A stretch of 64,000 nt of DNA from Lentisphaeria bacterium (GTDB taxonomy: Bacteria; Verrucomicrobiota; Lentisphaeria; JABSQK01; JAWLHB01): assembly GCA_041690595.1 (NCBI GenBank), contig JAWLHB010000013.1, forward strand, positions 1 through 64,000, given 5' to 3'. Every line of letters starts with the position of its first letter. The stretch's first letter is position 1. The notes under the pieces are model-generated. The model saw only the letters and a list, made by a program, of their open reading frames with translations, was not told the DNA's origin and searched no databases. The position numbers and the translations under genes were made by a program. Below, piece by piece: positions 31,443 to 39,087 of this stretch.

Positions 31443-33968
31443 ATGACCATTCCCCAGTCGAAATTGACCCCCATGATGCGCCAGTATCATGACGCCAAGC
31501 AGGAACTGGCGGACGATGTGCTCCTCCTCTTCCGCATGGGCGACTTCTACGAGATGTTCTTCGACGACGCTGTCCGCGGCGCCAAGATCCTCGACATTAC
31601 CCTGACCCGGCGCAATGGCATCCCCATGGCCGGCATCCCCTACCACGCGTTGCAGACCTATCTGCCGAAGGTCCTCGACCAGGGGATCAAGGTCGCCATT
31701 GCCGAGCAGATGGAAGATCCCAAGGAGGCAAAGGGGCTCGTCAAGCGCGAGATCACCCAGATCATCACTCCCGGCACCATTGTCGAAGGTGACGTTCTGC
31801 ACGCCGCCCGGAGCAACTTCCTGGTCTCCCTCTGCCAGGGACGGCGCGACACCTTCGGCATTGCCTGCCTCGACATCAGCACCGCCGAGTTCCGCACGAC
31901 TCAGGTCGAAAATGTCGAGCAACTCGAAACCGAACTCCATCGCCTGCAGCCCGCCGAAGTCCTTCTCCCCATCGCCCTCCACGATCTCTGGCAGCAGGAT
32001 GGCTTCCCCGACGCCCCCAAACGTCTCGCCTGGACGCCCGTTGATGACTGGACCTTCGACGACTCCGTCGCCGGCGAACTCCTCCTGCGCCATTTCAGCG
32101 TCGCTTCCCTCGACGGCTTCGGCTGCCGCGAATTCCCCCTCGGTGTCCGCGCCGCCGGCGCCGTCCTCCACTACGCGCAGAACAGCCTCCGCCGCAACGC
32201 CGACCACATCACCCACCTCTCCCCCTACTCCTCCGCCAGCTACATGATGGTCGACCGCATCTCCCAGCGCAACCTCGAGCTGGTTGAACCTCTCTTCACC
32301 GACAGCCGCGATTCCACCCTCCTCTCCGTTCTCGACCAGACCATCACCCCCATGGGCGGCCGCCTGATGCGGGAATGGATTCTCCGCCCGCTCCTCGACC
32401 TCGACGCCATTGTCCACCGTCAGGACGTCGTGGAGACCTTTACCAGCGACCAACTGCTGCTGACGGAGCTTCGCGAGGTGCTCGGCGCCGTCCGCGACCT
32501 CGAGCGCACCATCGCCCGGATCAACGTCGGCTCCGCCAATGCCCGCGATCTTCTCGTCCTCCATCGCGGCATCACCGCCATCCCCGCCATCAAGCAGATT
32601 CTCGATGTCGCCCCCGAGACACGCCTCCTCAAGGAGATCGCCGCACGCTTGGTCGACCTGCCCGATGTGCGCGACCTGATCGTCCGCGCCATTGTCGACG
32701 ATCCACCCCTCACCGTCAAGGAAGGAGGCGTCATCCGGCCGGGCTATCATGCGTACCTTGACGAGCTGCGCAGCGCGGCCACCGAGGGCAAGGGCTGGAT
32801 CGCCGACCTCCAGGCCAAGGAGCAGAAGGAAACCGGCATCAAGGCCCTCAAGGTCCGCTACAACAAGGTCTTCGGCTACTACATCGAGATCAGCAAGAGC
32901 AACCTCGACCTCGTCCCCCAACGCTTCATCCGCAAGCAGACCCTCGTCAATGCCGAGCGCTTCATCACCCCCGAGCTGAAGGAGATCGAGGACAAGGTTC
33001 TCGGCTCGGAAGACAAGTCCAAGGCGCTTGAATACGAACTCTTCCAGGAAGTCCGCGGCCAGGTGGTCGCGCAGACCGGCACGATCCAGACCATCGCCCG
33101 CGCCATCGGCGAACTCGACGCGCTCTGCTCCCTGGCCGACATCGCCCTCAAGAACAACTACATCCGCCCGCAGATCACCGATGACCTCCTCATCGACGTG
33201 CGCGACGGCCGCCACCCGGTCATCGATCACGTGATGCGCGACGCCCCCTTTGTCCCCAACGACATCCTCCTCGACGGCACGGAAAACCAGCTCATCGTCA
33301 TCACCGGCCCCAACATGGCGGGTAAGTCCACCTATATCCGCCAGGTGGCGCTCCTCGTGCTGATGGCCCAGATGGGCAGCTTCATTCCCGCCTCCGCCGC
33401 CTCCGTCGGCATGGCCGACCGCATCTTCACCCGCATTGGCGCCGCCGACGATATCTCCCGCGGACAGTCCACCTTCATGGTCGAGATGCTGGAGACCGCC
33501 AACATCCTCAACAACGCCACCCCTCGCAGCCTGATCATCCTCGACGAGATCGGGCGCGGCACCAGCACCTTCGACGGACTCAGCATCGCCTGGGCCGTGA
33601 CCGAGTTCCTGCACGAGCAGGTGGCATCGCGGGCGCGCACCATGTTCGCCACCCACTACCACGAACTCACGCAACTCGCCAACAACCTTCAGGGCGTCCA
33701 GAACTACAACGTCGCGGTCAAGGAATGGGGCGACAAGGTGATCTTTCTTCACAAGATCATGCCCGGCGCCAGCGACAAGAGCTACGGCATTCACGTGGCC
33801 CGCCTCGCCGGTCTCCCCCGCTCCGTCCTCGATCGCGCCAAGGAAGTCTTGTCCAACCTCGAAGGCAATTCCCTCGACGAGGCCGATCGACCAAAAATCG
33901 CCCGCTCCCAGCGCAGCCGCGTCAAGGATGGCATCGATCCCGGGCAGCCCATGCTCTTCGAGTTCTGA
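31443..33968 (+). CDS. mutS: DNA mismatch repair protein MutS
   Basis: TPMMRQY, FRMGDFYEMF, TGPNMAGKSTY, STFMVEM, DEIGRGTST, FATHYHEL. Confidence 0.98.
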   Translation: MTIPQSKLTPMMRQYHDAKQELADDVLLLFRMGDFYEMFFDDAVRGAKILDITLTRRNGIPMAGIPYHALQTYLPKVLDQGIKVAIAEQMEDPKEAKGLVKREITQIITPGTIVEGDVLHAARSNFLVSLCQGRRDTFGIACLDISTAEFRTTQVENVEQLETELHRLQPAEVLLPIALHDLWQQDGFPDAPKRLAWTPVDDWTFDDSVAGELLLRHFSVASLDGFGCREFPLGVRAAGAVLHYAQNSLRRNADHITHLSPYSSASYMMVDRISQRNLELVEPLFTDSRDSTLLSVLDQTITPMGGRLMREWILRPLLDLDAIVHRQDVVETFTSDQLLLTELREVLGAVRDLERTIARINVGSANARDLLVLHRGITAIPAIKQILDVAPETRLLKEIAARLVDLPDVRDLIVRAIVDDPPLTVKEGGVIRPGYHAYLDELRSAATEGKGWIADLQAKEQKETGIKALKVRYNKVFGYYIEISKSNLDLVPQRFIRKQTLVNAERFITPELKEIEDKVLGSEDKSKALEYELFQEVRGQVVAQTGTIQTIARAIGELDALCSLADIALKNNYIRPQITDDLLIDVRDGRHPVIDHVMRDAPFVPNDILLDGTENQLIVITGPNMAGKSTYIRQVALLVLMAQMGSFIPASAASVGMADRIFTRIGAADDISRGQSTFMVEMLETANILNNATPRSLIILDEIGRGTSTFDGLSIAWAVTEFLHEQVASRARTMFATHYHELTQLANNLQGVQNYNVAVKEWGDKVIFLHKIMPGASDKSYGIHVARLAGLPRSVLDRAKEVLSNLEGNSLDEADRPKIARSQRSRVKDGIDPGQPMLFEF

Positions 33969-34155
33969 TTCCGCGCCCCCCCCCGGGCCTGGAGCCGGCG
34001 CGGCGCGACGCAATATTGTCGAAAGTGGCGGGAAATGGTGGCGGCAATGGTCGCATTCGAGGCGACGGCCCCGTATATTGGGGCTCCTGGAGCGCCGCGA
34101 GGCGCCGCAACCCAACCACCGATCAACCGGCAGCCTCAGTTTTTGGAGTGAGCGC

Positions 34156-34572
34156 ATGAGCATGAAGACGGTCTACCTGAGCGGCCCCATCATGGACGAG
34201 CATCTGGGCGCTGCACGTGAATGGCGCGATTCCGCCAAACACTTGCTGCGCAAGCACTTCCGCCTCCTCGATCCCATGCGCCGCGATTTCAAGGACCGTG
34301 AAGTGGACAGCGCCAACGAGATCGTCGAGTTCGACTTGCAGGACATTCGTGAAGCGGATATCATCCTCGTCAATTACAACAAGCCGAGCATCGGCACCAG
34401 CATGGAAGTCTTCTATGCCGCCCATGACCTGGGCAAATTCGTCATCTCCTTTTCCCCCTTCGATTTCCAGAACTGCAGCCCGTGGATGGTGCGGTACAGC
34501 ACCAAGATCCTGCCAGATCTCGAGGCGGCCTGTCGCTACCTGATCACCCATTTCGGTCCAGACCTCGAGTAG
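34156..34572 (+). CDS. Nucleoside 2-deoxyribosyltransferase-like / nucleotide N-glycosidase family protein
   Basis: KTVYLSGPI, DLQDIREADIILV, SIGTSMEVFYA; start 34156 or 34162. Confidence 0.8.
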   Translation: MSMKTVYLSGPIMDEHLGAAREWRDSAKHLLRKHFRLLDPMRRDFKDREVDSANEIVEFDLQDIREADIILVNYNKPSIGTSMEVFYAAHDLGKFVISFSPFDFQNCSPWMVRYSTKILPDLEAACRYLITHFGPDLE

Positions 34573-34608
34573 ATCACTCTCCCTTTCACCCCCTGCGAGG
34601 TATACCAC

Positions 34609-35592
34609 GTGCTTCGTCGACACCTTCTTATCCTGATCCTCGCGCTTTCGGGGACGACCATGCCGCGCGCCTCCGCCAACTTCAGCATCTACTCCAAGAC
34701 CATCCACGGCCGCACCTATGTCCGTGCGTCGGATGTCGCCAAGTACTACGGCATGCGAATCTGGCATTCCGGCAAGAGCGTTGTCCTCTTCGGCAACGAT
34801 CAGCGCATCGATCTTACCCTCCAGCGCCGCGAAGCCAGGATCAACAGTCTTCAGGTCCACCTCTCCTTTGCACCCGTGCTCGACGGTGATCGCACCATGA
34901 TCGCCGAACGCGACTTCACCCTGCTCATCGATCCGATCCTGCGCGACTGGGGGCTCCCCGCCTTCCGCGTCCGGCGCATTGTCATCGATGCGGGACACGG
35001 GGGCAAGGACAATGGCGCCGAAGGCAGGAAGAGCAAGGAGAAGGTGCTGACCCTGCAGATGGCAAAGCGCCTGCAGGCCATCCTTCAGCCAAAAGGCTAC
35101 GAAGTCATTCTCACCCGCGGCGATGACCGTTTCCTCGAACTCACCTCGCGCCCCGCCGTCGCCAACCGCCACAAGGCCGACATCTTCGTCAGCATCCACT
35201 TCAACGCCGTTGCCACCAATTCCGTGCATGGCATCGAAACCTATGTACTGACTCCTGAAGATACCCCCTCCACCCCGAACAGCAGCGCCGAGAGCACCAG
35301 CGTCCCCGGCAACCGGCACGACCAGCTCAACCATCGCCTGGGCTACGAAATCCATCGCCACCTCATCAGCACCACCAAGGCTCAGGATCGGGGGCTGAAG
35401 CGCCATCGCTGGGCCGTGCTGCGAACCGCCGAGTGCCCCTCCGTCCTTCTCGAACTCGGCTTTGTCACCAATGCCGCCGAGGAACGCAACGTCACCAGCG
35501 ATGCCTATCAGCAGCAGCTCGCCGTCGCCATCGCCAACGGCATCATCTCCTACGATCGCGTCGGCTACCGCAACAGCCAGCGCGGCCGGTAA
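34609..35592 (+). CDS. N-acetylmuramoyl-L-alanine amidase (Amidase_3)
   Basis: Signal peptide; IVIDAGHGGKD.GA, EK, SIHFNA, VLLELGF. Confidence 0.93.
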   Translation: MLRRHLLILILALSGTTMPRASANFSIYSKTIHGRTYVRASDVAKYYGMRIWHSGKSVVLFGNDQRIDLTLQRREARINSLQVHLSFAPVLDGDRTMIAERDFTLLIDPILRDWGLPAFRVRRIVIDAGHGGKDNGAEGRKSKEKVLTLQMAKRLQAILQPKGYEVILTRGDDRFLELTSRPAVANRHKADIFVSIHFNAVATNSVHGIETYVLTPEDTPSTPNSSAESTSVPGNRHDQLNHRLGYEIHRHLISTTKAQDRGLKRHRWAVLRTAECPSVLLELGFVTNAAEERNVTSDAYQQQLAVAIANGIISYDRVGYRNSQRGR

Positions 35593-35722
35593 TGCCGCTG
35601 GACCGCTTCCAGCGGAGAAAGCCGTTGGGCAGCCTTTAAAATCCACCATATCTCACTACTGTACGTTGATCGTCTTACTGACCCTTTGTTCAGCGTTATC
35701 CGTCCGACTGTAAGGAAACCCG

Positions 35723-36952
35723 ATGTTGACAATCCGCCCCTTCAAAGCCCTCATGCCAACGCCGGAGAAGGCGGGACAGATCGCCGCGGTTCCCTATGAC
35801 GTCGTCTCGCGCGATGAAGCCGAAGCCCTCGCCGCCGGCAACCCCCACAGCTTCCTGCGCGTCTCCAGGCCCGATATCGAGTTTCCCCCTGATGCCGATC
35901 CCCACGCCGACGCTGTCTATCAGCGCGCCGCGGAGAACTTCGACAAGCTGAAAGGCGAGGTCCCGCTGATCCGCGATACCGCCGCGTCCTACTACATTTA
36001 CTCGATCGCCCGCGGCTCCCACCGCCAGAGTGGCCTCGTCGCCGCTCTCTCTGCGGACGATTATGACGAGTGCCGCATCCTCATTCACGAGAAGACGCGC
36101 GCCGAGAAGGAGGAAGATCGCACCCGTCACACCATGGCCATCCGTGCCCATTCCGGCCCCGTCTTTCTCGTCTGCCGATCCAGCTGGTCCATGGACAGCG
36201 CCATCCAGGAGATCATGGGCCAGGACACACCCCTCTTCGATGTCACCGTCGACAACACGCAGCACCAGGTATGGCGCGTTCCGGAAGGCTACAACGCCCT
36301 GCTCACCATGGTCTTCCACAAGATGCCCGCCCTCTACATCGCCGACGGCCACCACCGCGCCAAGAGCGCCAGCCGCGCCCGCGCCCTCTGTCGCCAGGAG
36401 AATGCCAGCCATGTCGGCGACGAGGACTACAACCGCTTCCTCGGTGTCATCTTTCCTCACAATCAGGTGCGCGTCCTCCCCTACAACCGCATCGTCCACG
36501 ACCTCAACGGCATGGACTCCGCCGCCTTCCTGGACAAGGTGAAGGAAGCCTTCGACGTCGCTCCCACCGATCAGGCCGTGCCCGCCAACCGTGGCGAGAT
36601 CCACATGTACCTCGATGACCGCTGGCTCCGCCTCAAAGCGCTCTCCCGCCCCACCGCCGCCTCGCCTGTCGACCTTCTCGACGTCAGCCTGCTCCAGAAC
36701 AGCCTCCTCGATCCCATCCTGGGGATCCAGGATCCTCGGCTCAGCGAACGCATCGCCTTCATCGGCGGCATCCGCGGCACGGATCACCTCGAAAAGCTGG
36801 TCCAGAGCGGCAAAGCTGCCGTCGCCTTTTCCATGTTCCCCACGACCACCGACGACCTGATGAAGATCGCCGAACTCAACGAAAGCATGCCACCGAAATC
36901 CACCTGGTTTGAGCCGAAGCTGCTCGACGGCCTCTTGATCCACACGTTTTGA
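35723..36952 (+). CDS. DUF1015 family protein
   Basis: IRPFKAL, PYDVV, ILIHEKT, YIADGHHR, PYNR, MPPKSTWFEPKL..GL. Confidence 0.9.
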   Translation: MLTIRPFKALMPTPEKAGQIAAVPYDVVSRDEAEALAAGNPHSFLRVSRPDIEFPPDADPHADAVYQRAAENFDKLKGEVPLIRDTAASYYIYSIARGSHRQSGLVAALSADDYDECRILIHEKTRAEKEEDRTRHTMAIRAHSGPVFLVCRSSWSMDSAIQEIMGQDTPLFDVTVDNTQHQVWRVPEGYNALLTMVFHKMPALYIADGHHRAKSASRARALCRQENASHVGDEDYNRFLGVIFPHNQVRVLPYNRIVHDLNGMDSAAFLDKVKEAFDVAPTDQAVPANRGEIHMYLDDRWLRLKALSRPTAASPVDLLDVSLLQNSLLDPILGIQDPRLSERIAFIGGIRGTDHLEKLVQSGKAAVAFSMFPTTTDDLMKIAELNESMPPKSTWFEPKLLDGLLIHTF

Positions 36953-36962
36953 AGCTGAATCC

Positions 36963-38396
36963 ATGAGTGACCAAGAACTCGAATTGCCTGTCGATCCGGA
37001 CGAGGATGCACCCATCCCGCCACCCGCCGCTGGCCCGACCGTGCCCCTCTCCGCGGATCACGAGACGGTCAGCGACGTCATGGATTATGTCGAGGTCGAG
37101 CATCGCCGATTCGGGCTCAGCGAACTCAACCGCGTCCAGGCAGTCGGCTACTTCATGCCGCTCCTGCGCGAGATCTTCGGCGGCGGCGAACCCAAGACCA
37201 AACTCCTCTTCGCCATGCTTCATGGCCTGATGGTGGACGACCGCGTCCGCTGGTCGCGCCAGGAACTCGACGAAAAGTTTCACTGGCTGCGCGAAACGCA
37301 CCGCAACTACCTCATCTACCGGCTGAGCAACGTCGGCTGGCTCGAGTATTTCCGCGATCGCGGCGTCTACATGATCAGCGACAAGGGCGAAGCCCTGATG
37401 CGCATCCTCAGCCGCTTCGCCATGGGACGCCAACTCGTCGAGAACGAAGGCGCCGCTCTCGCTGAAATCGAGTTCAGCATCCTCCTCGACCTGGACGACC
37501 TGCCCGATCGCCTCAAGTTCCTCCGCAACCGCCTCATGAAGCACAGCATCCGCGCCGAGCTGGCACTCCATTCCGAAAGCGCCTACCGCATCCTCGAGAT
37601 CTACGAGCAGCTCAAGAGCGCCTATCGATGGGCCGAGCAGACCCGCAGGACCCTCGACCACATCGAGGTCGAAGACGACGATTCCGAGCAGTGGGAGGCC
37701 ATCCGCGGCGTTCACGACCACCTCTCCAAGCTGCATGAGCTGATCTCCACCATGCAGCTCACCCTCCAGGACATCCAGCGCAAACAGATCGACATCGCCC
37801 GCTACGGACTCACCCATCTGGACATCGACCGCTACCTCATCAACGCCACCGTCGATGACCTCAGCGACATGCTCTGCCGTCACCTCACCAAAATCCCCCA
37901 TCCTTTCCTCGTCGTCGAAGACAACCTCTTCGGCGAGGCCGACGACATCGTCAACCGTGATGTTGCCGACGAGGACGACGGACGTGGCTGGGACACCGAT
38001 GTCGACCACGCCGAGGCCGAAACCCATCCGCAGGCCGCCGCCGAAGCCGATGAGCTGGTCGGACAACTCCGCGCCGCTCCCAGTAAATGGCGGAACATCG
38101 ACTACCTGGTCGACTCCGTGCCCTGGGAAGTCGCCGCCTATCGCTTTTCCATTCTGACCCTCATGGCGGACCTTGAAGGCCGCATGAAAACCGCTCCCGG
38201 AGAGGACTCCGCCGACCCCATTGTCAACGTCCCCGTTCGCATCGCCTTCGACCGTGACAACCGTCTGGTCGACTTCCCGCATGGCGAGGAAACTTGGACC
38301 ATGACCGCGGGCAGGATAAGACGACTTGACCCGGACGCGGATGAGGATAAAGTGAGGGACTCAAACGAGGGGGAAGAGCAGGACACCAATGGCTGA
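36963..38396 (+). CDS. Putative kleisin-like subunit (MksF/JetA/MukF positional analogue)
   Basis: N-terminal winged-helix-like segment (WSRQEL...LIYRLSNVGWLEY...YMISDKG), helical middle, acidic linker; first gene of a triad ending in an SMC ATPase. Confidence 0.6.
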   Translation: MSDQELELPVDPDEDAPIPPPAAGPTVPLSADHETVSDVMDYVEVEHRRFGLSELNRVQAVGYFMPLLREIFGGGEPKTKLLFAMLHGLMVDDRVRWSRQELDEKFHWLRETHRNYLIYRLSNVGWLEYFRDRGVYMISDKGEALMRILSRFAMGRQLVENEGAALAEIEFSILLDLDDLPDRLKFLRNRLMKHSIRAELALHSESAYRILEIYEQLKSAYRWAEQTRRTLDHIEVEDDDSEQWEAIRGVHDHLSKLHELISTMQLTLQDIQRKQIDIARYGLTHLDIDRYLINATVDDLSDMLCRHLTKIPHPFLVVEDNLFGEADDIVNRDVADEDDGRGWDTDVDHAEAETHPQAAAEADELVGQLRAAPSKWRNIDYLVDSVPWEVAAYRFSILTLMADLEGRMKTAPGEDSADPIVNVPVRIAFDRDNRLVDFPHGEETWTMTAGRIRRLDPDADEDKVRDSNEGEEQDTNG

Positions 38397-39087
38397 GTTT
38401 CTCGATCGATCCGGCAGAGAAGACAAACAGGAACCCACCGAACCGGACGTCTCCGTCTACGAGGAGCGCGTTCAGGAACTCTGTGGATTGCTCCTTGCCA
38501 ACGGCTACCTGCACAAGGAAGACGCCCGCGACCTCCTCTACGACGAGCTCCTGCGCGAGCAGCTGGCAAAGCGTCTCGACACCGTCGGCATGAAGCTGAT
38601 TCACAACATGTACGCCGAGTATTGGGGCGTCGGTCTGAACGACCGCACCGCCTCCGATGACCGGCTCGAGTGGTCCAACAATTTTGGTCTCGAACGCGGC
38701 GCCATGGCCTTGCTCCTCATACTCTGGTGCAAGCTGATCCTCCCCAAGCGCCTCGCCCAGGAAGAGCGTCAGCCCGAGGATGGCACCGTCGCCTCCCTCT
38801 TTCCGGAAGTCGAAAAGATGCCGAACCCCCGCGTCAACGTCAGCCGCGATCAGATCATCGCGGAGTTTGGCGACATGCTCGGCGGCGTCTCCATGACCAG
38901 CCGCTACGTGGCGCAACTGGCGCGCGCCCGCCTCATCAAAGCCCACGGCGGCCTCATCGAAGAAGGCCCACTCCTCCCCTTGGTCATTGACGAAAACCGG
39001 TTGACCGACGAGCTGCGGCGTGAGGTCCTCGTCAGCCTCCTGCGGCGCGAACGGCAGGCGAGCCAGGAGAGCGGCACCGATGTTTGA
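38389..39087 (+). CDS. Putative KITE-like subunit (MksE/JetB/MukE positional analogue)
   Basis: 232 aa with two winged-helix-like halves (VSRDQI...QLARARLI...EGPLLPLVI); overlaps both neighbours by 8 nt. Confidence 0.62.
   Translation: MAEFLDRSGREDKQEPTEPDVSVYEERVQELCGLLLANGYLHKEDARDLLYDELLREQLAKRLDTVGMKLIHNMYAEYWGVGLNDRTASDDRLEWSNNFGLERGAMALLLILWCKLILPKRLAQEERQPEDGTVASLFPEVEKMPNPRVNVSRDQIIAEFGDMLGGVSMTSRYVAQLARARLIKAHGGLIEEGPLLPLVIDENRLTDELRREVLVSLLRRERQASQESGTDV

Noticed and set aside
31410..34163. 917-aa ORF antisense to mutS
   Set aside because: Shadow ORF produced by high-GC codon bias on the coding strand; no motifs.
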